Below are positions 19,934 through 29,624 of a DNA stretch of 64,000 nucleotides, in pieces. Position numbers and translations under genes: made by a program. The notes under the pieces are model-generated. The model ran no database searches. It was not told the origin of the DNA and saw only the letters and a list, made by a program, of their open reading frames with translations. The DNA is from Candidatus Methanomethylicia archaeon. Its GTDB lineage: Archaea; Thermoproteota; Methanomethylicia; Culexarchaeales; Culexarchaeaceae. The stretch's first letter is position 1, and every line of letters starts with the position of its first letter. Where the stretch lies: positions 192,001-256,000 of the forward strand of contig JAVYVS010000002.1 of the NCBI GenBank assembly GCA_038727515.1. The letters run 5' to 3'.

Positions 19934-20653
19934 TTATAATGACAAGTTTAATGTGATTTTCTGTATTTCCTTAAAAATTTCTGTTTTAATTAATTCTTCT
20001 ATATCTCCAAGTTTCTTTTCTATGTCATATTGAAATGGTATTTTACTTAATATCTTTACTTTTAATTTTTCTATCTCCTTTACTTCTTCTTCGTTTAAGA
20101 CCATATTTACTATTATTCCAATGATTTCTGCATTTTGCTCTAAAAGTAATTTTATCAGTTTATTTACTGTTTCCATTGCCAGTTTTGATGGTGTTGTTAC
20201 TATTATGAATTTTATATTCCATTCTATCCTTAACATATCTAGTATTATATCGCTTATTCCAGGTGGAGCATCTATTACTAAATAATCTAGAGACTTCCAT
20301 TTTGTTATTGTTAATATTTCCATTAATGCATTGGATATTTCTTTTCCACGTAATGGTATTGGATTATTTTGTGTATAATACGTTATTGACATGTACTTTA
20401 TTCCATATATTTCTGGTGGTATTATTCCTTTATCCTCTATTGGAGTTACATCTTTTACTCCAAGTATTACGTGTGTGGATGGACTTGTAAAATCCGTATC
20501 AAGTAATCCGACTTTATATCCCATTTTAGCTAATTGAATAGCCATTAATGTAGATATTATACTTTTACCAACTCCACCTTTACCACTAACTATTGCTATA
20601 ACATTTTTTATGTTTCTTACGTTGTTATTTATACTTGCTATTCTTGGATCCAA
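19934..20653 (-). CDS. hypB: Mrp/MinD-family ATPase; probable ATPase-type HypB (Thermococcales-like)
   Basis: DPR N-terminus, SGKGGVGKS, DAPPG; lacks the CxxC of Mrp/Nbp35; directly downstream of hypA. Confidence 0.75.
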   Translation of the reverse strand: MDPRIASINNNVRNIKNVIAIVSGKGGVGKSIISTLMAIQLAKMGYKVGLLDTDFTSPSTHVILGVKDVTPIEDKGIIPPEIYGIKYMSITYYTQNNPIPLRGKEISNALMEILTITKWKSLDYLVIDAPPGISDIILDMLRIEWNIKFIIVTTPSKLAMETVNKLIKLLLEQNAEIIGIIVNMVLNEEEVKEIEKLKVKILSKIPFQYDIEKKLGDIEELIKTEIFKEIQKITLNLSL

Positions 20654-21055
20654 TTATTTCACCCCAGTTATGCTATCTATCCATATTCCTCTTCCATCTA
20701 TTATTTCGAAATCTGGACTTCTGCATTTTGGGCATTTTATGAAGGCATGTGATACTTCTGGTATAAAGTGTATTGCTTCTTTAACACTATCCTCTAATTC
20801 TTCACCTTCAAACGTCCATGAAAATCCACATTTAATACATTTCATTTTTGCTTTTACAATTTCCATTTTGAAATCTGCATTTGCTAAGCCTTTTTCAACT
20901 TTTAATTCTAATAGAGCGAATTTGAATACTTCTAAATCTACTTGTTGTAATTCTCCAATTTTAATTACTACTTCCTTTACCTCTTTCAATTTATTTTCTT
21001 CTGCAAATTTTATTATAGTATTAACTACTGCTTCAGCCAAAGCCCATTCATGCAT
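20654..21055 (-). CDS. hypA: Hydrogenase nickel insertion protein HypA
   Basis: MHE N-terminus, GELQ, CxxC...HFIPE...CPxC. Confidence 0.93.
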   Translation of the reverse strand: MHEWALAEAVVNTIIKFAEENKLKEVKEVVIKIGELQQVDLEVFKFALLELKVEKGLANADFKMEIVKAKMKCIKCGFSWTFEGEELEDSVKEAIHFIPEVSHAFIKCPKCRSPDFEIIDGRGIWIDSITGVK

Positions 21056-21098
21056 TTAAATCCCATTCTAATTGATTAAGACTTATTTAAATTGATTT

Positions 21099-22127
21099 TT
21101 ATCTTAGCTCCTTATTTATGAAATCTATTAGATCTCTAAATTTTTCATCTTCAATCATACTGAATGTTTTTATTTCTATTTCATCTATCTTCATTTTCCC
21201 TAAACCTATTTCATATGCTCTTCTAATTTGCTCTTGTTCATGAACTTTTCTTTCAGTTAATCCCACGGAATTATAGTATTTTAATATTGCTGCTCCAATA
21301 GAATCAATTGCAACTCTATCTCCACCTGCAATTATTAATCCTGGTTCTGCTTCTTCTCCATGTGCTGGTCCACCTGAAATAAAACATTTCATTCCATCTA
21401 ATATTATCAAATCTGCTGTATATGCTAGGTTTATTTCAGCTATTAATTCACGCATTCCTGGGCTATTATGCATATATGATCTATCAGCTGGATTTATTAT
21501 TCCAACAGAATTCTTTAAGCTTAATGTGAATATTCCTCCAAATTGATGTGTTTTTAAGCATGGTAGTGATATTATTCTATCAGCTTCATAAACTGTTTTT
21601 GCAATTCTAAATCCATTAGGCCATGTTGTAGCTTTATCTGGTTTAACCCAAACCCAATCTTCTTCTTCAAAGAATGATACTTTTATATCGTATTCTTTGG
21701 CTACATTTAATATCCCATTTAATTCCATAGTCTTTTTAGTTGGAAGCCATGATGGTCCAGACATATCTCCAATTACAATCTTTTCCCTTGGAACACCATT
21801 CTTTATTAATAGTTCTAGAATTGTCTTTAATGTTTCTGGATGGGTGCTTGCTGGAAAGGGATCATGGCTATTACAATTTGGTTTTATGAGTATTCTCTCA
21901 TAAGTATTATTTAATATTTTGTTAATTCCACCAATGCCCTCTACAGCCTTTAATATACCTTCAATCCTATTGTTAGTTCTAACTATCGATATTATGCTTT
22001 TACCATTTATGGTATATACATTTCCCCTTTGTGGTTTACATTCTACTTTCTCCGCTTTCTCAGCTTTTTGTGCTGTTCTTCTAAATATTTCTCTACTTTC
22101 TGGGAATAACGTTCTTAATATATTCAA
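21099..22127 (-). CDS. DUF362 domain protein
   Basis: ILIKPN, STHP, LPCLKTH, TLSLKN, DG...GGP, DRVAID. Confidence 0.85.
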   Translation of the reverse strand: MNILRTLFPESREIFRRTAQKAEKAEKVECKPQRGNVYTINGKSIISIVRTNNRIEGILKAVEGIGGINKILNNTYERILIKPNCNSHDPFPASTHPETLKTILELLIKNGVPREKIVIGDMSGPSWLPTKKTMELNGILNVAKEYDIKVSFFEEEDWVWVKPDKATTWPNGFRIAKTVYEADRIISLPCLKTHQFGGIFTLSLKNSVGIINPADRSYMHNSPGMRELIAEINLAYTADLIILDGMKCFISGGPAHGEEAEPGLIIAGGDRVAIDSIGAAILKYYNSVGLTERKVHEQEQIRRAYEIGLGKMKIDEIEIKTFSMIEDEKFRDLIDFINKELR

Positions 22128-22191
22128 TTCACCATCCTAAATTACATTACAATTTTTCAATTTATAGCTATATTTGTTTTTAAATTTTACT

Positions 22192-23394
22192 TTATTCCTC
22201 TTTTATTGCTTGTGATAATCTACTTATACCTTCAATTATTTGCTCTTTTGTTGGATATGTGAAGTTTAATCTCATGGCATTCCTCACACTTCCATCGGGG
22301 TAGAATGGTCTTCCAGGGACATAGGCAACTCTATACTTCTCTATGGCTTTTTGAGCTATAACTTCTGTATCTACTCCCTCAGGAGCCCATACAAATATGA
22401 ACATTCCACCCACAGGTTTAACCCATCTAGATCCTTTGGGCATATACATTTCTAATGCATTCATCATAACATCCCTTTTCTCCCTATATATCTCCTTTAT
22501 TCTTGGTAGATGTTTCTCCATTAAACCAGTTCTTAAAACTTCTGCTGCAATATATTGACTTAATGGTGATGTACATAAATCTGCAACTTCCTTTGCTAAA
22601 ACTATCTTCTCAATTATTTTCTCATTTCCAGCCATCCATCCAACTCTAAGTCCTGGTGCAATCATTTTGCTAAATGTACTCATTAGTATAACTCTATCCT
22701 CTTTATCCATAGCTTTTAATGGTGTAGCTTCAACTTTTTCATAGAGGAAATAGCTGTATGGATCATCTTCTAAGATGAGTAGATCATATTTTGATGCTAT
22801 TTCCAATAAGTGCTTTCTTCTATTTAAACTCATGGAGTATCCTGAAGGATTTTGACATGTTGGTATTGTATATATGAATTTTATCTTCATTTTTCTCCTA
22901 ATATTTTCCCTTATCTTTTCTTCAAGTACTTCTGTCTTCATTCCTTCATCATCCAATGGTATTCCAATTATTCTTGGTTGTAATGGTATAAAGGCGTTTA
23001 GAGCGGCTAAATATGTTGGGGATTCAACGAATATTATATCCCCTGGATTTATTAGTATCCTAGCCCATAGATCTAATCCTTGTTGACTTCCAGTTAATAT
23101 TACAAGCTGTTCTTCATCTTTCAATTTTATTCCTTTTGATTCCATGAATTTCAATAACTCTTTTATTAGTATACTATTTCCTCTTGTAGGGCCATATATT
23201 AGTGCTTCTTCTCCATATTCTAGTATTATCCTTTTAGTTAATTCTGCCAATTCTTCTTTTGGTATATTTTTAGGGTCTGGTATTCCTCCTCCAAAACTAA
23301 TTATGTCTTTTTGAGTAGCCCATTTTAGTAATCTACGTATTTCAGATGGTTTCATCATTTTTGAGGTTTTTGAGAATAGTTTTTCATAATTCAA
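22192..23394 (-). CDS. Class I PLP-dependent aminotransferase (aromatic/2-aminoadipate-type)
   Basis: ISFGGGIPD, GSQQGLD, QNPSG, EDDPY, TFSKMIAPGLRVGW, RLNF; RBS GAGGTG upstream. Confidence 0.9.
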   Translation of the reverse strand: MNYEKLFSKTSKMMKPSEIRRLLKWATQKDIISFGGGIPDPKNIPKEELAELTKRIILEYGEEALIYGPTRGNSILIKELLKFMESKGIKLKDEEQLVILTGSQQGLDLWARILINPGDIIFVESPTYLAALNAFIPLQPRIIGIPLDDEGMKTEVLEEKIRENIRRKMKIKFIYTIPTCQNPSGYSMSLNRRKHLLEIASKYDLLILEDDPYSYFLYEKVEATPLKAMDKEDRVILMSTFSKMIAPGLRVGWMAGNEKIIEKIVLAKEVADLCTSPLSQYIAAEVLRTGLMEKHLPRIKEIYREKRDVMMNALEMYMPKGSRWVKPVGGMFIFVWAPEGVDTEVIAQKAIEKYRVAYVPGRPFYPDGSVRNAMRLNFTYPTKEQIIEGISRLSQAIKEE

Positions 23395-23515
23395 TTATGG
23401 GCACCTCAATAATCATGTATTTCCGACGACTACTTTAATTCAAAGTATTAATAAGGGTTTTGTTCTCTCAATTCTTGAATAAATTTTTCTTTTAGTTTAC
23501 TATTGCTTTTATTGT

Positions 23516-24907
23516 ATGAAGGTTGAAGATATTTTAAGGTATTATTCTATGGATTTTGTTAGGAGTGAAATTTTGAGTTATTGTGTTAAGCGTTGGGTTG
23601 CTGTTGAAGCTAAAGAAGATGATAAAAGGATTTTCTTTAGGTATATGTGGAGGAATGGTCCACCATTATCTTTTGTAGATGAAGATTCTTTCCAACACTT
23701 TATTGATAGGCATAAAGGTGTTAATATTAGAAGTTTTTATGCATCTATTAATGTTTATAATCGTTTAGATAAGCAGGATGATGTTGGAAATATTGATAAT
23801 ATTTTTAAATGCACTCCAATTTGGGATATTGATGGTTCACTTAATAATGTTAAATTGACTTTAGATGTTGCAAAGGTGATACTGGATTTTCTCGATAGTA
23901 AAAATGTTTCTAAGTCTGTTTATCTTAAATGGTCTGGTAGAGGCCTCCATATACATCTCCATGAAAATGCAATTTCAAGTGATGTTCTAAGTAAGATTCA
24001 TCCACTTGATATCGCATATGCTATTGTTGAGTATGCTATAAATGAATGTTTAGATGAAATTAGGAGTATTGTTTCAAAGGCTTCCAATTTAGATAGAGAA
24101 TTTAAAGTTGAGAATAAAGTAGATATTCAACGAGTATTTACATGTCCTTTATCACTTCATAGAGATTATGATATTGTAGCTGTCTGCTTCAAACCTGATG
24201 AATTAGATGATTTCGATATATGCTGGACTAATCCAGAATCTATTAAACATAATAAGGATTGGAGGATTTATGTGGAAGGTGAAGCTGATGAATTAGCTTT
24301 AGAAGCTTATAATAGAGTTGGTGGATACATAGTTAAAATGGGTAAGAAAACTAAAGCTAGTGGAGGTGACTTGAAACTTCTAAGTATTGTTAGAGATATA
24401 CCTAGAATTAGAGGGGGTATTGGTAGATTTCAAGTTATGGCTTTACTACAGGCTGCAAGATACTATGTTTTAAAGGGGGATTTAGATAGAGCTAAAAGTT
24501 TTGGTTTAAATAGAGCTATATTTTATGCATGGGCTAAGTATTATAAACCTAAATATGGATTCAGTAGGAGGGATAAGTTTGGCATAGGTTCTGAAGATAA
24601 ATACTCTTTTGAGAGTTTAGGAGATGAAAGAGTTCCAGTTTCAAGTGATGGTAGGTATATTATAGGTGGAGTTAAACAATCTTCAAAGGATTTTGATAGG
24701 GAAGTTGCAATTAAAATTAATTCTGTAGTTCCATTTGATCTAGCATGGGAAGCAGCTTTAGATTATGTTAAACGATTCTCAAAGAGTGTGTTAGAGAGTC
24801 AACAGGAATTTTATAAAAGGGTTTATGAACCTGTTAGAGATAGTTTTGTAAATATAGTTCAAGAATATCTAGCATTTAAGAAGCTTAAGGGTGATGGTAG
24901 AATTTAA
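23516..24907 (+). CDS. AEP (primase-polymerase) superfamily-like protein fused to a C-terminal domain of unknown function
   Basis: PIWDIDG (DxD), WSGRGLHIH (SGxGxH), VDIQRVFTCPLSLH; C-terminal block GRFQVMALLQAAR...GLNRAIFYAWAK. Confidence 0.65.
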   Translation: MKVEDILRYYSMDFVRSEILSYCVKRWVAVEAKEDDKRIFFRYMWRNGPPLSFVDEDSFQHFIDRHKGVNIRSFYASINVYNRLDKQDDVGNIDNIFKCTPIWDIDGSLNNVKLTLDVAKVILDFLDSKNVSKSVYLKWSGRGLHIHLHENAISSDVLSKIHPLDIAYAIVEYAINECLDEIRSIVSKASNLDREFKVENKVDIQRVFTCPLSLHRDYDIVAVCFKPDELDDFDICWTNPESIKHNKDWRIYVEGEADELALEAYNRVGGYIVKMGKKTKASGGDLKLLSIVRDIPRIRGGIGRFQVMALLQAARYYVLKGDLDRAKSFGLNRAIFYAWAKYYKPKYGFSRRDKFGIGSEDKYSFESLGDERVPVSSDGRYIIGGVKQSSKDFDREVAIKINSVVPFDLAWEAALDYVKRFSKSVLESQQEFYKRVYEPVRDSFVNIVQEYLAFKKLKGDGRI

Positions 24908-24917
24908 GTTGATATCT

Positions 24918-26117
24918 TCATGTTTTTAAATTATACTCTATTTCTAACCCTTCCACCTTTTCCTTATTCTCTTCTATCCATTTCTTAACATAGCTACATT
25001 CCACAATTACCTTCTTCCCCCTACTTTTAATGTATTTAATTGCTTCTTCAACTATTTTTGATGCTAATCCTAAACCTCTATATTCTGGTGGTGTATATGT
25101 ACTGAGCATTTTAATGACATCCTCTGATTCCTCAATTTTATGGTACGCTCTCTTTCCTTCTTCTAATTCTAAGTAGAATAATCCATTACTAAATTTTACT
25201 TCATTCATTTTTGATTTTATGACTCTAACATATTTTGCTGCTGAGAGTGCAGCCATACATCCATCTCCTACAGCTACAGCTACTTGCATTCCTCTTCCAG
25301 TTACATCTCCAGCTGCATAAACACCTCTAATATTCGTTTCTTGATTTAAATTGACATTTATGTATCCATTTTCATTTACATATATTCCTGCAGCCTTATA
25401 TATTTCGGTCTTCGGTTCTTCAACACCAACTATAAATACTGCTGCCACATTCAATTCCATTTCACCACTCTTTGATTCAATCTTTAACTTTAAATCATCA
25501 TTTACTTTTTGAATCTTCAGTATTTTCCCTTCTATAATATTAACTTTCTCATATTTTGATGTTTCATCAACAAGTTTCTTGGATGGTGCTTCCATTACCA
25601 CGTAGATCTTCTCAGCAAACTGGTTTAAAATAGATAATTCATTTATAACTTCCTCCTCATATCCCGTGATTATTACATTTTTCCCTCTATATAATGGAGC
25701 ATCACAAGTTACACAATAACTTACACCTTTACCTATGAGTTCGCTTTCTCCTTCAAATGTAATTTTCCCTCTTTCTCTCCCAGTAGCTATTATTATTGAG
25801 TAACCTTTATATTCTCCACTTTTGCATTTAACTTTTTTCACAATTCCATTTAATTCTAAACCTAAAACTTGTTCTGGGTAGATTATTTTTGCACCAAATT
25901 TTAATGCTTGATTATACATTTTCATACCAAGGTCTAATGGATTCATTAGGAATGTAATTCCAGGATAATTGTCCAAGTGCTTCATTTTCGTCAAATTTCC
26001 TCCAGGAGCCGTTTTCTCTACTACAAGTGTTTTTAATCCGATTTTTGATGCTTGTATTGCTGCAGATAATCCAGCTGGACCTGCTCCTATAATTATCAAA
26101 TCGTATATTTCATTCAT
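24918..26117 (-). CDS. Thioredoxin reductase-like flavoprotein fused to a C-terminal YjdJ-like GNAT domain
   Basis: IIGAGPAGL, GVSYCVTCD, YAAGDVTG; C-terminal TYTPPEYRGLGLA...ECSYV; start moved from 26183 to ATG 26117 to avoid overlap. Confidence 0.85.
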   Translation of the reverse strand: MNEIYDLIIIGAGPAGLSAAIQASKIGLKTLVVEKTAPGGNLTKMKHLDNYPGITFLMNPLDLGMKMYNQALKFGAKIIYPEQVLGLELNGIVKKVKCKSGEYKGYSIIIATGRERGKITFEGESELIGKGVSYCVTCDAPLYRGKNVIITGYEEEVINELSILNQFAEKIYVVMEAPSKKLVDETSKYEKVNIIEGKILKIQKVNDDLKLKIESKSGEMELNVAAVFIVGVEEPKTEIYKAAGIYVNENGYINVNLNQETNIRGVYAAGDVTGRGMQVAVAVGDGCMAALSAAKYVRVIKSKMNEVKFSNGLFYLELEEGKRAYHKIEESEDVIKMLSTYTPPEYRGLGLASKIVEEAIKYIKSRGKKVIVECSYVKKWIEENKEKVEGLEIEYNLKT

Positions 26118-26148
26118 ACTTATCACGATACATATTTCATGGTAGAAT

Positions 26149-26739
26149 TCATATTTCTTTTGGTTTAATAAACCTGTATCCAAGGGTTTTTAATGTTTCC
26201 ACTAGGTATTTCTGTTTGGAGTTTCTTTCCACGGCGCATATTGTTCTGTAAGCGTCCTCTAGATCCATCCCAACTGCAAAGACTCCGTGTCCTCTAACTA
26301 TTACAGCTTTATTTTTACCTATATTTTCAATTATTCTCCTACCTAATTCTATTGTTCCACTTTTCCCTTCAATAACCTTTATATTATCCATGGTATATGC
26401 AACTTCCAATTCTAATGGTTCTATTTCATTAAAGAAGTATGATAATGCTATTGAGTATGGCGGATGTACGTGTATAATTGCCTTGTAATCCGTATTTATG
26501 TATATTTCCCTATGTACAAGTGTTTCCGTTGATGCATATCTTTCGCCTTCACTCCCCCCATGTATTGATATACATATTATATCTCTAAATGTTAGATCTT
26601 CTAATGATGCTCCCCTACGCGTTATATACATGTTTTCATTGATTTTTACACTAATATTACCACCATGTCCACAAACAAAACCTTTCTCTGTAAGTTTTCT
26701 ACCATACTTTGAAATTTCAAAATAAATGGGATTCTGCAT
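26149..26739 (-). CDS. Class II aldolase/adducin family (fuculose-phosphate aldolase-like)
   Basis: GGNISV, ASTE..H, IHVHP, RGHGV. Confidence 0.88.
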   Translation of the reverse strand: MQNPIYFEISKYGRKLTEKGFVCGHGGNISVKINENMYITRRGASLEDLTFRDIICISIHGGSEGERYASTETLVHREIYINTDYKAIIHVHPPYSIALSYFFNEIEPLELEVAYTMDNIKVIEGKSGTIELGRRIIENIGKNKAVIVRGHGVFAVGMDLEDAYRTICAVERNSKQKYLVETLKTLGYRFIKPKEI

Positions 26740-26850
26740 ATTTCATCATAACAGAATTCTCTTTTATATCTTTAAAAATTATTTTTCTAGTTTATTAAGG
26801 GATGTGTTCAATGGCAACACATTTTTATATTCATATTTTTTTATTTAAGA

Positions 26851-28131
26851 TTGGTTAAAATGTTTGTCCATAAATATCGTCATATAATTTCAATTTTCTT
26901 CATGATATCTTACCTTTCTCTTTTAATATTTTCTAATTCAATTTATGCTTCAATGTATAGGGTTTACTATATTGAAGTTGATGCCGCTATTGATGCTGGT
27001 ACTGCTGAGTATATTATTAATGCATTATCTAAAGCTGAAGCCGCTAACTCACCTCTTATTGTTAGATTGAATACTTATGGTGGATATATGGATAGTATGG
27101 ATAATATTATTAATGCTTTTATGAGTTCTAAGGTTGATGTTGTGGTTTGGGTTGGTCCTCCAGGTGCTAAAGCTGTTTCAGCTGGTACTTTCATTGCTTT
27201 AGCTGCAAATTATCTTGTTATGTCTGAGGGTAGTGTTATTGGTTCATGTCAACCTAGGAGTACGACTGGTGAACCAGTTGATCCAAAGGTTTTGAATTAT
27301 GCTATTGAACGTATGAGGGCTATTGCTGAGAGGAAGTATGGTGTTAATGATAGTAGAGTTGATATTGCTGTTAAATTTGTTACTGAAAATCTAGATTTAA
27401 CTGTTGGTAAAGCTTTAGAACTCAAAATTGCAGATTTTAAAGCTAATACTTTCCATGAAGTGTTATCCATATTTGGTTGGGTTGATTATGAAGTTGTTAG
27501 AGTTGAGAGGAGTATTGCTTCTCAATTATATTCACTTTTAAATGATCCATTGATTGTTGGATTATTATTTGAACTTGGTTTTTGGCTTATCTTAATAGAA
27601 TTATTTACTGCTGGAATTCAACTTTATGGTTTTGTTGGTGCAGCAATGATCGTTTTATCTCTCTTTGGTATGGGTTTAATAGGTCCAAGTGCTACAGCTT
27701 TAGCTATGTTGATAATAGGCTCTCTACTTATACTTGTTGAATTGTATTTTCCAGGTATACAATTATTTGGCTTTTTAGGGTTGGTTATGTATGCATTGGG
27801 GATATTATTTATGTATAGGGAGCAACCATATATTGAAATTGGAGTTCCACAGTATGCCATTGTCTCTATGATTGCAATTATGGGTGGATTATTTATTGTA
27901 TATGTAAATAATGTTAGGAAAAGTTGGAGGAGGGCAAGAGGTTTGCTGGATCCGAAAAAGCTTATTGGTATGTCTGGGTTTGCTAAAACTGATATTAAAG
28001 CTGGTGGTACTGGTGTAGTTCATGTTTTCGGTGAAGAATGGACTGCATTTTCAGATGTAGATATTAGAAGTGGTCAGAAGGTGAAGGTAGTTGATGTTGT
28101 TGGATTAAGATTAAAAGTTATTCCAGAATAA
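26851..28131 (+). CDS. NfeD family membrane-bound serine protease
   Basis: Signal/TM segment, ClpP-like domain (NTYGG, AVSAG), TM bundle, C-terminal OB domain (GEEWTA). Confidence 0.88.
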   Translation: MVKMFVHKYRHIISIFFMISYLSLLIFSNSIYASMYRVYYIEVDAAIDAGTAEYIINALSKAEAANSPLIVRLNTYGGYMDSMDNIINAFMSSKVDVVVWVGPPGAKAVSAGTFIALAANYLVMSEGSVIGSCQPRSTTGEPVDPKVLNYAIERMRAIAERKYGVNDSRVDIAVKFVTENLDLTVGKALELKIADFKANTFHEVLSIFGWVDYEVVRVERSIASQLYSLLNDPLIVGLLFELGFWLILIELFTAGIQLYGFVGAAMIVLSLFGMGLIGPSATALAMLIIGSLLILVELYFPGIQLFGFLGLVMYALGILFMYREQPYIEIGVPQYAIVSMIAIMGGLFIVYVNNVRKSWRRARGLLDPKKLIGMSGFAKTDIKAGGTGVVHVFGEEWTAFSDVDIRSGQKVKVVDVVGLRLKVIPE

Positions 28132-28181
28132 ACATCAACCTTTTATTTACCATTGAACATAATTTATTTCTGGGTTTATAC

Positions 28182-29207
28182 ATGGTTTTATCCATAGGTG
28201 ATCACCCAAGAGTTAGACTTGTACGTTTTCCAACACCAATACAATATATGCCTAAGATTAGTGAAGAGCTTGGAGTTGAATTATATATTAAACGTGATGA
28301 CTTCATGGAATTAGCTTTTGGAGGTAATAAAGCTAGAAAACTTGAATATCTAATTGGTGATGCTATAAAAAGGAATTGTGATACCATTATAACCACCGGT
28401 GCTTTATGTTCCAATCATGTTAGATTAACTGCAGCTGCATGTAGACTATTTAATTTACATCCAATACTTGTTTTAAGTACTACTGGTCCAAAGAAGGTTA
28501 AGGGTAATTTACTTTTAGATGCCTTATTTGATGCTGAAATTAGAATTATTGATTTTGAAAGGAGAGATTCTCAGAAAGTTCTGGAAGAAGTAGCTAGAGA
28601 AGAGGAGAGTAAAGGTAGAAAGCCATATGTAATTCCAAGTGGAGGTGCAAGTAAGGTTGGCGTTTTAGGGTATTTGAATGCTTCTATTGAAATTTTACAT
28701 CAATTAAATGAAATGTGCGTTAAAATTGATTATATAGTTCACTCTACTGGTTCTGGAGGAACTCAAGCTGCATTGTGTTTGGGTATGAAGGCTTTGAATA
28801 GTGGGATTAAAGTTGTAGGGATTTCATGTGGTCCATCAAAAAATGTTATGCGGGAGCGTATAAGTAGGATTGCTAAAGAATCTATTGAATACTTGAATTT
28901 ACCAGTTAAACTTAGTGATGATGATATTATAGTTTATGATGAATACACTTGCGGTGGATATGGTATTGTCACTAAGGATGTTGTTGAAGTTATGAAGAAG
29001 GTTGCTAAATTAGAAGCTATACTACTCGACCCATTATATACTGGTAAAGCCTTCATGGGTTTAATGGATCTTATAGATAAAGGTGTATTTGAAAAGGGTT
29101 CTAGGATATTGTTTATACATACTGGTGGTTTACCATTGATATTCCAATATGAAGAAGATCTTTGGCGTTATGGTATTCACGTATCTGATCTAGAGAAGTT
29201 TATGTAA
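28182..29207 (+). CDS. D-cysteine desulfhydrase / ACC-deaminase family PLP enzyme (non-ACCD type)
   Basis: KRDD...GGNKARKLEY, SNH, GSGGT, DPLYTGK, HTGG. Confidence 0.88.
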   Translation: MVLSIGDHPRVRLVRFPTPIQYMPKISEELGVELYIKRDDFMELAFGGNKARKLEYLIGDAIKRNCDTIITTGALCSNHVRLTAAACRLFNLHPILVLSTTGPKKVKGNLLLDALFDAEIRIIDFERRDSQKVLEEVAREEESKGRKPYVIPSGGASKVGVLGYLNASIEILHQLNEMCVKIDYIVHSTGSGGTQAALCLGMKALNSGIKVVGISCGPSKNVMRERISRIAKESIEYLNLPVKLSDDDIIVYDEYTCGGYGIVTKDVVEVMKKVAKLEAILLDPLYTGKAFMGLMDLIDKGVFEKGSRILFIHTGGLPLIFQYEEDLWRYGIHVSDLEKFM

Positions 29208-29219
29208 TTCAATATATAC

Positions 29220-29540
29220 TCAACCCTTTTTATATCCTATGTAGAATCCCGCCATAAATGATCCTGTAAAAGGTATATTTGCTGTTATTTGACTTACTAT
29301 TGGTGTAGCTCCCCCAATAATATTTTTAGTTGCATTTTCTATCTTACCTATTAGGGTTGAGTAATCCACCTTTATTATCCCACTCCACTGTAAATATGCT
29401 AATACCAATAGAAATCCTCCCACTATCACTATTAATATCTTCATTAATTTCTTCAATGCATATCCAACTATAAATCCAGTTATTGCTCCAGTTCCAAGTT
29501 GAAATAATATTGGGTCCCATTCACTCATATATATCACCAA
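29220..29540 (-). CDS. FUN14 family membrane protein
   Basis: QLGTGAITGFIVGYALKK, YLQWSGII, F-AGFYIG. Confidence 0.8.
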   Translation of the reverse strand: MVIYMSEWDPILFQLGTGAITGFIVGYALKKLMKILIVIVGGFLLVLAYLQWSGIIKVDYSTLIGKIENATKNIIGGATPIVSQITANIPFTGSFMAGFYIGYKKG

Positions 29541-29624
29541 TTAATTCTCTCCTCACATATTTATACTATTTGATACATTTTTAATATAAAAATTAGGAAA
29601 TAATTGTATTTTTAAGTGAATTAT

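Noticed and set aside
28182-29207. ACC deaminase
   Set aside because: It has Thr at both diagnostic positions (YTGK, HTGG) instead of Glu and Leu.
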